A DNA stretch of 64,000 nucleotides. It comes from Eledone cirrhosa. Taxonomy: Eukaryota. The notes beneath the pieces are model-generated. The model was not told where the DNA came from. It did no database searches and saw nothing but the letters and a program-made list of their open reading frames with translations. Below are positions 1 to 14,531 of this stretch, in pieces. Positions within the stretch are counted from its first letter, which is position 1. Every line of letters starts with the position of its first letter. Both the position numbers and the translations under genes were made by a program. Where the stretch lies: NCBI GenBank assembly GCA_964016885.1, contig OZ024743.1, forward strand, positions 265,856,001-265,920,000. The letters run 5' to 3'.

Positions 1-457
1 TAGTCTGCACAACCATCACTGTCTTATTCGAATCCTGACCAATCGATATTTTGTGAATGTATACTACCCTCATACCATCGATATTTGCAGATATATACAC
101 ATATACTTTATTAGACATATTAAATCCATGCATACAACTTTGCGAGTTGCCAATCTGAAAGATATTACTGACGATATACGAGCCACCATCAACTTTGAAT
201 ATGTATTGTTACGCATCATGTTCCTACCTTCATAAAAAAAGAATATGGAAGTTTCGTCTGTATGTATTAGTTGTTGTACCTTTAAATAATTAGTTCTACA
301 TTTCTCTAGTAACTATGTTTTATTCTATACAACTCTATGTACTACTCTGCTTTTACTTTCCTGAAAACTTCGGGTGATTAAGTTTAAAAGTTGTTCGTCT
401 AATGGCATAAGCCAAAAGTACACACACAGTCAAACACACACACACACACACACACAG

Positions 458-484
<27 letters not shown>

Positions 485-534
<50 letters not shown>

Positions 535-575
535 TGTGTGTGTGTGTGCGTGTGTGTGTGTGTGCGTGTGTGTGG

Positions 576-672
<97 letters not shown>

Positions 673-690
673 CGTGAGTGTGTGTGTGTG
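485..690. repeat. (GT)n microsatellite, representative of dozens of (TA)n, (CA)n, (GA)n and (TATG)n tracts in the window
   Basis: Directly visible. Other examples: (TA)n 5499-5649, (CA)n 14205-14356, (TACA)n 43376-43486. Confidence 0.98.
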
Positions 691-1443
691 TATAATACAT
701 AGTGTAGGATATTCAGAAATTTTGTTGAGCAGATCAATGTTTGAGTGATGTCTAGAGCCAATCATCTGTGAAACATTTGTAACGGTCGATATTCAATAAA
801 CTTCGTCCTATCTAACTTTATATACACACGCGCACGCACGCACGCACACACGTGTACACTCACTCAGAGACATACCTTTACACACACATACATCAACGGT
901 ATAGAGTAGTTCTACAGTTTACACTTTCTAATCTTAACCCAGGTGTCTTTATGTATTTTCGCAACATCCGAGACTGCATCTTTCGGCATCCGACTAATTC
1001 GCTTCCTAACACACAAATATCAGATCCACATATAAGATTTTTCTTCTCACTCTGGCATTATTTCTCCCTCCCCTGTTTCGCACACATTGGCTTGCTTTTG
1101 TATCACAAATGCATCTATGTCTATATCTGCACATATGCACCAGGATCCAAACCACTTTCTCGTTTTGTTTTCTCGCAATCCTGCATCAAGTCGGGTGATA
1201 TACTGAGTAGAATCTTTGATATGCAATCGTGAAGTTGCGAGTTTGATTGCTCTCCTCGGTCACTGGTTATGCCCTTCAGGAAGACAGATTTCTACGTTGC
1301 CCATTCTGCCATGAGTTGCGACTGGTAGAACTTATCAGCAATGGAAAGAGCTATGGAAACATCGTTTCCTTTATTCGATTTGACAACCTTCATCGCGTCG
1401 GTAATTGAATGTGGTCTGGGAACTTGTCAAACATTTAAAAATG

Positions 1444-1496
<53 letters not shown>

Positions 1497-1570
1497 AAAA
1501 TATAAGTATGTATACGTACCTACATATATGTATACAGATGTACACTAGTATGTATATACATACATACATG

Positions 1571-1629
<59 letters not shown>

Positions 1630-2530
1630 ACGTATGGGTTTACCGTACATTTATCATAATGCTCGGTTTGTTTGTAAAAAACACCCCGATTTAGTAGCCG
1701 TACAGTGTTCGGCAAACATCGTTGACCATTTGCTGAACACTGACAAAGGAAATATGAACTAGTTTCTAACTTATTATCTGTCATCAGCACCGTTAACCTT
1801 CCTATCAGTCGATTGAACGTTTGAAAGTATATACTTTCCTTATGCATATTAATGGCAAAGCCTACTAATTTGCATATCGAGTGGGTTATTCGGCTGGATG
1901 TACCGAAAACGATAAATGGAAAAAATGAAATTTCATTTCTCACTCTTAGTACGGCTGATACTTAAATATAAGTGTGTATACGTAAAATCATATATGTATA
2001 CAGACGTACAGTAGTATGTATACAGATACATACATTCACACACATATATATGTAAGTATGGGTTTACCGAACACTTATTATAATACTCGGTTTGTTTGTA
2101 AACAAACAGCCAGTTGTTTGTAAACAAACTCACTCGATATGCAAATTAGGCTGCCCAGCCGTTAATATGCATAGGGAAAGTATATACTTTCAAACGTTCA
2201 ATCGACTGGCAGGAAGGTTAACGGTGCTGATGACAGATAATAAGTTAGAAACTAGTTCATATTTCCTTTGTCAGTGTTCAACAAATGGGCAACGATGTTT
2301 GCCGAACACTGTACGGCTACTAATTCGGGCTGTTTTTTACAAACAAACCGAGCATTATAATAAATGTTCGGTAAACCCATACGTACAAATATATATAAAT
2401 ATAGATATATGTGTGCTTGTATGTATGTATATACATACTAGTGTACATCTGTATACATATATGTATGTACGTATACATACTTATATTTAAGTATCAGCCG
2501 TACTAAGAGTGAGAAATGAAATTTCATTTT

Positions 2531-2535
<5 letters not shown>
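1497..2535. mobile_element. Non-coding HHR-bearing element, family A: ~1.3 tandem units (~465 nt) followed by an inverted unit
   Basis: 1497-1885 is the reverse complement of ~2128-2488. The unit start recurs at ~1965. Flanked by (TA)n. Degenerate HHR CTGATGA..GAAACTAGTT at 2221-2263 (+) and 1751-1793 (-). Confidence 0.75.
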
Positions 2536-2562
<27 letters not shown>

Positions 2563-3123
2563 TGAATATTATTGAATATATGTGATAAATACAAATTGGG
2601 CAAATTAGATGCAAAGAAACAATAGTTTAGGACCTGTCCCCTTTAACAGAAATTGTTGGGATGATTGATGATCTGGATTCGATGGAAATCTGAACCCAAA
2701 TAATATACTCAAATCAGTAAGTATCTGTATAGTTCTCCTCTACAATTCTTATAATAAACTAAAAAAACAAGAAAGTAGTATATATGAGGAAGTGAAGCAA
2801 GTTAAATGGTTACAGTCAAGCGAATAATCTAAATATAAATGTTAACATGGTATTTGGTACTTTATGTTTTTTCCGTTAGGTCGCTGTGGAAATAGTTTCA
2901 ATGGTTTAAAACAGCTTATGTTTAGCAACAATAGGATGATATAAGCTGTGTGTGTGAATATGCCTATGTGTATGAGTGTGCGTGTGTGTGTGTAAATATA
3001 TATATATATATGTGTGTGTATGTGTGTGTCTATATCAGAGAGGGATTGAAGATTTAACTGACCGTATTAAAGAAAAATATTTATGATAAAATACATGCAA
3101 CCTACGGTATAGACAGGCAAAAT

Positions 3124-3156
<33 letters not shown>

Positions 3157-3171
3157 ACACACACACACACA

Positions 3172-3248
<77 letters not shown>

Positions 3249-3493
3249 TATATATTAAGATGGACAACTCAAGCGTTGAGAAATTGTGAGTGTAACCATA
3301 ACAGATTATTTTGCTTTCTAAACTGTGCATAAGTTATACACAAACGTTTTATTGTAGATAAATCTTTCATCTCTATAGTTAGTTTATTCATAGATATAAT
3401 ACGGTTGATAATATCCTCCCCACAAAACTCACATTAGTAACACCAATATACACACTCTGTCTCTGATATATACGGTGTATGTATATATATATG

Positions 3494-3552
<59 letters not shown>

Positions 3553-3583
3553 GTATGTATATACCCCCCCCCCACACACACAG

Positions 3584-3614
<31 letters not shown>

Positions 3615-4196
3615 CGCACATACGCCTTTAATTGTGTAGGTTCAATTTTTAAGCTTTAGCTAACTTAAGTCACATAAACAAATTCATACATCAAATGTCT
3701 CAATTTTCAGCTTGAATTTTCATAATCACCATTATCCACTATATGAACAGATTTTTGACCGTATTAATATCATAAAAGGAAGGGATATGAAATCGGAAAT
3801 GAAAACGTGTTTAGCGATCAAAGCACCATCACATAGCGCTCAGACGTTCTTCATACTTCCTTCGTTTTCTCTGACGTTAGGTTATGGTTTAAAGGAGGTT
3901 TCGTTTTCTGTGTTTTAGACTATGTGGAATTTTTCAAGTGACACGATTGCGAATGTTTTGTTATTTATCACTAAGTAAACCCTAGACCAATAGACCTATC
4001 AAAGTTGTTCCATCACGTTTCCTGGTACCTAGACTAAATGCTTCTTTGTCAAACCAACAGTATCATCCCCTGCTTCTTAAATCTTTTGAGGATTTCTCAC
4101 CTAACATTTTGGGTTTGCATATATTGAAGATAAACATTGACCACAATAATTTGACACGACGGGCTTTCCCCGGACTCTAAAACTATTAAATATACA

Positions 4197-4277
<81 letters not shown>

Positions 4278-4352
4278 GTATATATATATTTATATATATA
4301 TACATGGAGAGAGAGAGCGAGATTTTCTTCGATATAATATATTATATATTTA

Positions 4353-4383
<31 letters not shown>

Positions 4384-5303
4384 GGGGGGGGGGGTTGTGT
4401 TTGTGTCCTGGGTTTAATCGGGGGTAATCTCAGTAAGTAGGGTACTCAATACATAGCAGAGTATAAATATTCAATAGAGAAATGACTTCTACAGAACTAA
4501 AAGTGTTTCATTCCAAGGAATTGGAGGCCATATTCAGTTGATTCAAGTTTATTTAAAGCTCCGTTATACATATTTCACTATGAGTTATGGTATCATGAGC
4601 TCTTCAGACGGCAACACTTTAAATTTTGAAAAATCCAATAATTTCCCCATAAAATATTTTCTTTTGATGATACAGTGGGCCGGCCGAACGCGTGGTGTTG
4701 TTTCTTCGACGGCGGACCCTATAGCATTTTGGCAAAAGTGTTGGTCAGTTCAGGTCCAACGTCACTATCGCCGGATGTTTAGTTTAGGAATTAACGAAAT
4801 CGGCTAGTAGCACAACTCCCTCTCCTCTTACTCTGTCTCACTCCGTATATATATATATATATATATATAGGCTTTAAATGAAGAAAGCAGGGGGGGGGGA
4901 TCATCAGTTGTCTACTGGGGGTTCTCAGATATTTATGTGTGTGTGCGTGCGTGGGTATGTGTGTATGTGCGTGTGTGTGTATGTGTGTGTGTGTTTTTGT
5001 GTGTAGTGGGGCTTATACGATGCCAACTTCATGGAGGTAGACAGTTGTAAAGATTTCTCTCTTAACGCTTGACCGGATTGACACCCACAGTTCGGAATGT
5101 CATCTTACTCCCTCCCCTTTGCTCTTCAGGCCAGTTCAGCCACCCCAGACCCGCTGCTATGAAGGAATTTAACCATGTACGTGACATCCCCAAATCATTG
5201 ACTACTCCCCATGACAGACAAGAAAAACAAAAATAAAATGTAGGATTGTTTGATTTTATACTTCTGCTTTTTTGTTTTGACTGCATGCCCATATATGGAC
5301 TGT

Positions 5304-5399
5304 ACCCCTTGATAAGTTCAGCTAGATTCCCCCCGTCCTAGTACTGCTGGCTTAGTTCGGATCTAGCTGTCGAAGCGGCCGGAGCTCAGCCGTCGGGGT
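5304..5399 (+). ncRNA. Type I hammerhead motif with U3-A8 core (GAAA mutated to GAAG) in a PLE 3' end fragment
   Basis: ACCCC-TTGATAA-[CAGCTAGATT/GATCTAGCTG stem II]-GAAG-[CGGC../..GCCG stem III]-TC-GGGGT. Homologous to 61754-61847. Confidence 0.65.
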
Positions 5400-5490
5400 C
5401 CTGAGTCTTTTCCTATTACTCACTTTACTATCGTAAGTATCAAGTACTCTCGTGAGTTCCACCTGGTTTCTTACCAGACTTCCTTTGTTA

Positions 5491-5651
<161 letters not shown>

Positions 5652-5682
5652 CTCTATCATTATCTCATTTCATCTTTCACAG

Positions 5683-5770
5683 GTGTTAACTGCTCAGGTG
5701 TCACAGAGTTAACAGCCTACCCAACAATCCAGTACTTGACCACTCCAAACTATCCTCACTTTTATGCAAG
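5683..5770 (+). CDS. CUB-domain protein, exon A (N-terminal part of CUB 1)
   Basis: Pyrimidine tract + CAG acceptor ending 5682, GTAAGA donor at 5771. 88 bp, phase 1 to 2. Encodes [28 protein letters not shown] (CUB C..G...SPNYP-type motif). Confidence 0.88.
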
Positions 5771-5938
5771 GTAAGAAAATAACCATTTGTTTCTTTGAAA
5801 TTGAAATGTATTTGCTTATAATAATTTCTGTTTGAAAGTAAAGTACCTAATAAAAACACAATTATTATAACATACATATGGCGTGCAGTACATATACATA
5901 CATACAAACATATACCCACGCCCTCCAAACACACACTC

Positions 5939-6002
<64 letters not shown>

Positions 6003-6005
<3 letters not shown>

Positions 6006-7432
6006 ATTGTGGTTGGCTATATTCCTAGCTAGGTTAGGTGTGGTGGAGTAAAAGAGACTTATTGTGTTCTTATTAAAGATGGTGTGGTACCTATGTTGTA
6101 TGGGGAAGTGTAATTTCAGCAAAGTGAAGAAAATCCTAGCTATCGGAGTAGAGACCTCTCTATTGAAGGGAGGGTTGTACCAGCTAATCTGCCTATGTCT
6201 ATTCCTCCTCTGCAATCTTGCGGTGGTTTCTAAATTACACGACCGAACCGAACCTTTAAGGGTAAAGTCCCCGCACTTTACCCTGAAGGACCATAAGGGA
6301 AACTTCCTCAACAAACCATCAGTCAGACTTATCAACCCCACTCGTTCTGACATCGGCTCTATCAGTAAGAAGATCCTGGATAGAGTTCTACCATCATTGC
6401 GGGCAGCCTCACCACTTCCACTCTGGAGAACATCTGAGGCAATATCATGGTTCTAAAAATTACCCGACAAACACCACACTCGCTTCCTGCAACTCGACAT
6501 AGAAAACTACTATGCCTCTATCTCGGAGCCCCTCCTGAAGGACGCAATTAACTTTGCCAGGAATTTTACCACCATTACCGATGCTGAGCAAGTTGTTATC
6601 CTCCACGCTCGTAAGACCTTTCTATACCACGATGGATCTTACTGGATCAACAAGAAATCTCAGACCCCATTTGACGTTAGCATGGGGGCGAGTGACTCGG
6701 CTGAAATTAGCCACCTTGTGGGCCTGTACATCCTACATCACCTGAAGAACCTCTTTACCGGCCTAACGGGAGGTTTATACCGAGACGACGGCCTCTTCGC
6801 CCTGCATAAGGTTAACCCCAGAACCACCGATGGGTTTCGGAAAAACTTAAACTCTTTCTTCTCTAATCTAGGATTTAGTATAACTATAGAATCTAATTTG
6901 ACTAGGGCCAACTTCTTAGATGTCACTCTCGACCTAGATACTTCCCTCTATTACCCGTACCACAAACCTAACGAGTCCCTTAAATATATTAATGTTAATT
7001 CAAACCACCCCCAAAACATCACTGATAACCTAGTAAAAAGCGTCTCTATTAGAATATCTGGCCTCTCCGCCAACAAAGATATTTTTAACGCATCTGCCTC
7101 CTACTACAATGACGCCCTCACCCGTAGCGGATTTAAAGATAAGATAACATACCTAGAAACCACCGCAAGATTGCAGAGGAGGCATAGACATAGGCAGATT
7201 AGCTGGTACAACCCTCCCTTCAATAGAGAGGTCTCTACTCCGATAGCTAGGATTTTCTTCACTTTGCTGAAATTACACTTCCCCATACAACATAGGTACC
7301 ACACCATATTTAATAAGAACACAATAAGACTCTCTTACTCCACCACACCTAACCTAGCTAGGAATATAGCCAACCACAATTCTAAAAAATTAAATAAGCC
7401 AACCACCTCCGAACCCAATCCCCGGACTGGGG
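6003..7432 (+). mobile_element. Truncated Penelope-like element: RT fragment with a 230-bp inverted copy at its 5' end
   Basis: One frame from ~6250 to 7430 with a single TAA at 6454. Motifs FTLKDHK, LDIENYY, MGASDSA, GLYRDD, WYNPPF, YSTTPNL. 6003-6232 is the reverse complement of 7154-7383. No GIY-YIG domain. Confidence 0.92.
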
Positions 7433-7975
7433 CTCTCTCTCTCTATATATATATATACATATAATGTATAGACAAGTGTCTGCTACAACAGTCTCAGCTT
7501 CGCTCAAAAATTTCCAATGACATTTAATAGGCTGTAAATTGGTGGAGAATTTCAGATAAATTTTCCATGTGTCTAAGCTCTTTCATCATCCATTTTGTTT
7601 CTTATACAAATACTATTCCTGTTCCTCGGTGTTTTCTCTTTGTTTTATTTCCCTCTTGTCTTTATTGAGATAGTATGTAACAGAACAAAGAGTAGACATT
7701 CGCTAATAAGAATAGTCATTGTGAAGTTCTAGTGTTCAGCTTTGTTAGATGTTGCACTGATTTCACTTGGGAATTATGCTACAATGCGGCTGTATATTAC
7801 TAAGTCACATACACATTCAGTGAGTAGCCAATACGTCAGGTATCGATATAATACCAAATTAGCAGGCTTTGCCCGAATCGAATTTTTTTATTTTCTGATT
7901 TCTATTTTTTTAATCTCCTATCTTCTATTCTACGTTTGGTTTCAAAGTAATCCGGTTATATAATGCTGCATATAA

Positions 7976-8046
7976 CACCTGATGAAATCGCCTTGTCTTG
8001 CATCATAATCGGATGATAGGCCTGCGCCATTGAAATATATATAGTG
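7976..8046 (+). ncRNA. Minimal type I hammerhead motif
   Basis: CAC-CTGATGA-[AAT..CGC/GCG..ATT long stem II]-GAAA-TATATA-TA-GTG. Palindromic stem III, AUA cleavage triplet. Lies ~70 nt upstream of a (TA)n tract. Confidence 0.6.
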
Positions 8047-8213
8047 CTTTCGCGGGATTAAATTTCTAAAGTGAATTTTCCAGTCCGTCGTCCTGTTGTT
8101 GTTTTAATGAATATATATGAATATATTTATATATATATATATATATACATACTATACATTATGGTGCCGTTGTTAAACTGAGTAACAGATTGCGTTAAAC
8201 AGACACACACATA

Positions 8214-8312
<99 letters not shown>

Positions 8313-8314
8313 GG

Positions 8315-8432
<118 letters not shown>

Positions 8433-8485
8433 GATCATACATATTATATATATGTATGATCATATGGTTCCATACGCTATGGACT

Positions 8486-8532
<47 letters not shown>

Positions 8533-8536
<4 letters not shown>

Positions 8537-8832
8537 TAAAAAAAACAAATATCTGATGCATCTGGACTCAGTTTATTGCGTGTTACAATTGTTTCGCCGG
8601 CAGGTAGCTCGAGACATGAGCACTGTATGGATCTGGGTGATTCTACGGCCGCAGGTTCCTTCGGACACGAGCATTTCGTTCGGAGCAAATTTTGTAGCAC
8701 GCAATAAACTGATCCAGATACATCTCTGATTTTTCGTTTTTTTTATAATATCCACACTCTGCTCTGTATGAATATTGACTGCTAATTTTGGCATACCGCC
8801 TATGGAAGCACCATAGCTACCATTATACACAA

Positions 8833-8835
<3 letters not shown>
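8533..8835. mobile_element. Small fold-back insertion in (TA)n with a 3' tail (PLE-type end)
   Basis: ~8533-8588 is an imperfect inverted repeat of ~8693-8747, followed by a ~90-nt tail. Only a degenerate HHR half (GAAACAATTGTA, - strand) is present. Confidence 0.55.
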
Positions 8836-8909
<74 letters not shown>

Positions 8910-9585
8910 TGTGTGTGTGTGTGTTTAACGCAACATGTTACTCGGTTTAACAACGACACCATTGGCTTTTAGGAACGTTTGACAAGCGTTCGGGCCAGAC
9001 CTTCCCGATGAGCAAATAAATAATGAGTTACTTTTCTGACACCATAAAGGTTAATGATTATGCCCCTTATTCTGATTCTAAGCCAAACATGTTCCCTGCA
9101 TCTCTAATTATCCAAATATCTAGTTACGACCTCCAACCCTTCAGCTAGGAGTTATGCACCATAACAATTTGGCTAATTGTCATTCATCTTTGGCGTTTAA
9201 AGCCAAACAACAATACCAAAAACAAAAACATTAAAACCAAAAAAATTTAGTTATTTAAATCGGTATTGAAAAGAAATATAATATAGATGCTTTGTGCTGT
9301 TTTATGTTTTTTTTTTCTCACATCACCTTTTCTGACCTTATCTCGAAGAATCGGATCTTCTCCAGACACAAAACCATTAATAGCTTATTGGTATTAATTA
9401 TGCCTCACTTGTAAAAAAAATAATGTTTTAATTTTTCATTTTGATAATTTGTAACTGATAAAATATTCAATACTGTGTGCGTGTGTGTAAATGAATGTAT
9501 TGTGTTTGTTTACACGCGATAATATTCTCAACGAAATACACAAGAAGGAAGCTAAGACCTAAAAACTGGAATATTAATAGTGAAA

Positions 9586-9709
<124 letters not shown>

Positions 9710-10221
9710 GAGAGTGGTGTAATTTTCTTGATTCATTGAGGGATATGAAATGTGGATAAATGATTTTGAATCAGAGATAATGTTATCTTCAAAGTATTTT
9801 TAGTCACAATATTTCGGAGATATCATCCATTATAAACCATAATAAAGTACATATATATAAAGAGGGAGCTACATAATCATTATATGCTATATAGCGATAT
9901 ATAATATACAACGATCATGTGGCTCTATGATAACTCTATCTCTCTTTATGATAACTCTCTATCTCTCCCTCTGTCTCTCTGTATATTTATATATATATAT
10001 ATATATGATGAGATAGAGAGAGAGTGAGAGACAGAAGTAGAGAGAGAGAGAGAGACAGAGAGAGAGACAGAGAGAGAGAGAAAGTGAGAGACAGACAGAA
10101 CGATGTGAAACCCCGACCACAGTGCTAAGGATACCGACTCTGCATCTCCCCATGCATTGGGTAATACCATGAATAGTGGTCTCCCTTGTCTCAACACCAC
10201 AGCGTCTCCTTTATATATGTA

Positions 10222-12281
10222 CTAGCAGATTTACCCGGCGTTGCTCGGGGTTTGAAATTATGCTAAGAATATACAGCTAGGAAGTAAAAGAAGAACATTA
10301 TTTGTCCCCAAGGTTGACTTTGCCTTTCATCTTTACGGGGTCAATAAAATAAAGTACCAGTAATGTACTGGGTAATTGCTGGCCTTGTGCCTAAAGTAGA
10401 AACAATTATTTGTCCCCAACCTGTAAAAATAAGCAGAAGTCTTCAATAATTAATGCAAACGAATATTTAGTGCAATTTTTGTACACATAAAACTATGTTG
10501 ATAATTAAGGATGCAGTTATACAAATGATTAAAGACAATACACGTTGCAAATCTGTAAAAAAACAGGCAGTTTTGCTAAAGTACAAAAAGTTGTAATGAA
10601 AGCAGAGTTGTATACAAACAAAAAAAAACAATGAGAGTAGAATAAGAGAAAATCTATTTGTGAGAGCATCCTTTGCTGTGTATGGTTACAATTTTAACTT
10701 ATAATCCAAAATATCCTGCATGACATATTCATTGGTATGGTTTATAATGAGTAAGGTGAAGTCAAAGCAGAGCTGTAATAAGTGTTTTTGTTAACACTAT
10801 AGGACTTCAGGATAGACGATATTCTTTGTTTTTCTTTTCGGAACAAACGCAAAGAGATTATCTGGACTGCCAACTCGTGAGCAGGCAACGTAGAATTGTC
10901 CGTGCGAAAAGCAAGGTTCATCCAAATGAATTCCAGTGACAGACAGAGTTTGATCTTGCGACTTGTTTATGGACATCGCAAAGGCAACACGAAGGGGAAA
11001 TTGGGTTCGGCGAAAGGAGAAGGGAGTATCCACGCCTGATGTAGTCTGGCTAATTTTTGTTATTATCACATCCTCGCTTTTTCCACATCCGGATAGAATG
11101 GTAGCGTCAATACTAAGTGGAGACAGTTTTTTAACCACAAGGCGTGTACCATTTCATAGTTTTGGAGGAGTGATATTTCTCAGCAAAATAACTGGCGTTC
11201 CCTCTTTCAGAACCAATGTATTAGGAGGTAAACCAGGAGGATTTAAAGAATTTTGAAATCCAACTGGATATTTGACCGCATCCTGTGGATCACATACAGT
11301 ATCAATAGATTTATATATCAGTGGACATCCAGGAAGAATCCTGTTCAGTATGTTCCTTCATTGTCAAAATAGTTTGATGTGTACGAATACAACTGGAAGC
11401 ATAGATAATGCCTGCCTCAAATGTGGACGAAATTACTTTAAAAATGTAAAAGCTGTAGATCCCAATGGTTTGAATGGAAAGTCCCATAAGGATTGTTCTA
11501 AAAATAAACAAATCATCATCAAAATCTGGTCAATTAGAGACTGCTGCGAGATTAGGCCCTTACCGCGAAAATTAACACTTAACATAGTGAAACAAGTTAA
11601 AACAACAAGTGTTTTTTTAACTTTGAAAGTGCAACACATTTTTTGTTGTATCAACATAGCTTATGGCAGTTTTAAAAATGTAAAAGTTGTAGGTCCCAAT
11701 GGTTTGAATGGAAAGTCCCATAACGATTGTTCTAAAAATAAAGCAACTATCATCAAATTCTGGTCAATTCGAGACTGCTGCGAGATTAGGCCCTTAACGC
11801 GAAAATTAACGCTTAATATAGTGAAACAAGTTAAAAGTGTTTTTTTAACTTTGAAAGTGCAACAAAGAATAAACAAGAAACAAACGATAATATTAGTGAT
11901 TTATCTTCAAATGAATCTGATATTTATATTTCTGAAATTTCGTCCGACGATGATTGTTCTTTTAAAATTGAAAACGAAGGTCTTCATATCTCATTCTCTT
12001 TATAAGGATTGTTAATAAAGTTGGTTATCTTCCTTTATTTTGTAAGGATTGTCAATAAAGTTGGTTATCTCCCTTACATCAATTTTGCTACCGATAATTT
12101 TTATATCGATTTTATTGCTCAACGTGGGTCGATTGGAAAGACTTTTGTGATGTGACCATCTTAGCGACATGTGCAACGTTCACAGGAAATTTGGTCAAAT
12201 TCGGTTGGTAATTGTAAAAGCCTTAGGTATCCAAAATTGTACACAGACACACACATATCCTCGCTTTTATATATATAAAGA
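10222..12281 (-). mobile_element. Internally deleted Helitron with Pif1 helicase C-terminal remnant
   Basis: On the - strand: A|TC start at 12281, 3' hairpin CCCGAGCAACGCCGGG then CTAG|T at 10222. ORF 11138-10797 has RRTQFPLRVAFAMSINKSQ, FSHGQFYVACSRV, TKNIVYPEVL. Internal ~230-bp tandem duplication at ~11437-11865. Confidence 0.92.
10312..10404 (+). mobile_element. 5'-truncated SINE nested in the Helitron
   Basis: Matches the 3' half of the SINE at 36744-36945. 15-bp target-site duplication (TSD) ATTATTTGTCCCCAA at 10297-10311 and 10405-10419. Confidence 0.88.
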
Positions 12282-14202
12282 TATATGTTGGAAGACACGA
12301 AGGTCATAGTAAATTATCTGATTGGTTTTAAGATCATTAGTATCCAGAATATTAAATCGGTTGTCTGTCGAAATATAATTCCTTCACCAAACCAAACCAA
12401 ACCATCCAGCTGGCATCAGCTCATAAAGTTTTCGTTATAGCCCTCATATTTTAGTTGCAACAACTACATAGGGTATTCTATGGCCAACGACATAGAAGTC
12501 AATACCTAACTTTGCGAAAGAAGCGATTGAAAATAAGATGGAAACAAATTTAAGAGTACTAGCATGAACCTTTCAAGAATTTAGGTCATCTTCACTAGCT
12601 TTTTTATTTAATGGTTCCGATATGAGAGAGAAATGGAAGTTATAGAATAGAAACATTGACCAGGATTACCCATTAAAATATACAGTTCCAGGATCTTATA
12701 ACTGATGTATCCAACGAAATATCTATACGTGTTATTTGCGAAAGAAGTTGGTAGCACGTATGAAGATATTGCAGGGTGTCAGAATATATTTACATCTATG
12801 ATTTACGATACCTGCGTTGTCGAAGGGAGCTGTCGTCTCAAATAGCGTTTCGTAGGCATTGTCTAAAATTGGCGGGGTCCATCCCCTTTCCAGGTTTGAA
12901 CTTATCCGATTTCTTCCCTAGAAAGACGGAGAATGTTTAGAAATAAATGAAATAAAGTCACATAAGAAGAATGGATACCAGTACGAGACTGGTACTAGAA
13001 AGATAGAAAAGCAAATTTGAACTGGGTTGTATTTGAGCTCAAACTGTAGAATACAAGAATGAATACTATAAATCATTGTATCTGACGATACAACAGTTCT
13101 GCCAATTCGCTGCTTAGCTATTTACAGGATTCAAAATTAAAAACGGCCAATGAATAATACCACATAGTACTTCAAGATGAAAAATAACAAAATCAATAAA
13201 TCTACTAATTATCTATATAGTTCCTTTACAATGAGCTGAACCACCTTTTAGAGAACCACCAATGTTAAGTTTTGATTGACATACGGGAAGTTGAGAATTT
13301 CAATAGATTTAATTTGAAACTGATTATTATTGAAGAATAAATACTTATACATATAATACATTTATTCTTCCAGATGCTTAATTTTAAGTTCGAGTTTATC
13401 TAAACATAAACATATGTTTACTACATATGACGAAAATTAGAAAAAAGTAAACTAGAAAAACATGAAAATATCTTGTTTGTACAGTACAGTATATCGTTAA
13501 TCCGTTGTTCATAACTTATCATGTAAAACTAAATCGATGAATTAATTTATAAAGCTTAGAAATAATGATTTCTAATTTAGGCACAAAAAGGCATTTTGAC
13601 GAAGGTGAAAAATGCGATCAATGTATGTTCTTGACTGGTACTTTAGATAATTTATCATGTGAAGGACATTTATATTTCAGGCGGCATTTTATCTTAGAAC
13701 GGAAACAATAATATATTTATTTGAGTTTATTTATTAACCGATCAATATAACTAAATCGTATTGATACTTTAAATAGGTAAACTAAATGTTTAAATTTGTT
13801 GAGGCTTTGAATAATATATTCTTTTAAACAGTATGTTGTCGTTAGCTAAAAAAAAAATGAAAATATATTAAAAAAAACATTAATAATCGATGTGCTTATA
13901 TACCGATATATTTCCTATGGCTTGACTATAATATCATAGATATTTCTTCATATTACGATTTTAACTCTTTAAAATATTCTGATAAATTTACTAACCAATA
14001 ATTCTTCGTTAATCATATCCCATAAATGAATTATTTTTAATTGATTTGAACTAATATACACCGTGTGAGTCAAGCTCGTACTCTGTAGTGTTCTTATATT
14101 TGTATACAATATTTGCACCTTATACAGGTAATCATTTTAAATGTATATACACAATGAAACTTATTTCAAAACGCGCGCACAGGCGCTCGCACACACATAT
14201 AT

Positions 14203-14277
<75 letters not shown>

Positions 14278-14278
14278 A

Positions 14279-14331
<53 letters not shown>

Positions 14332-14337
14332 ACACAT

Positions 14338-14377
<40 letters not shown>

Positions 14378-14406
14378 CATTGTATTGTTGTATTATTTGT
14401 TTTCAG

Positions 14407-14531
14407 CAACTTATCATGTTCCTGGTTAATCAAATCTGGAAGCCGATCTGGGAAATTATATCTTGATGTCAGAGATTCTGATATTGAATATTCTATAGGT
14501 TGCATGAAAGACTATGCTGAATTATACTTAG
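14407..14531 (+). CDS. CUB-domain protein, exon B (middle of CUB 1)
   Basis: TTTCAG acceptor, GTAAGA donor. 125 bp, phase 2 to 1, in frame with exon A. Encodes (S)NLSCSWLIKSGSRSGKLYLDVRDSDIEYSIGCMKDYAELYL (C.W.I and E...C..DY motifs). Confidence 0.9.

Noticed and set aside
2880-2944. Possible upstream host exon (GRCGNSFNG...) after a TAG acceptor
   Set aside because: The frame ends in a stop with no donor site and no CUB motif.
11272-12015. 247-aa + strand ORF with an internal repeat
   Set aside because: It is antisense to the Helitron and explained by its ~230-bp tandem duplication. No recognisable domain.
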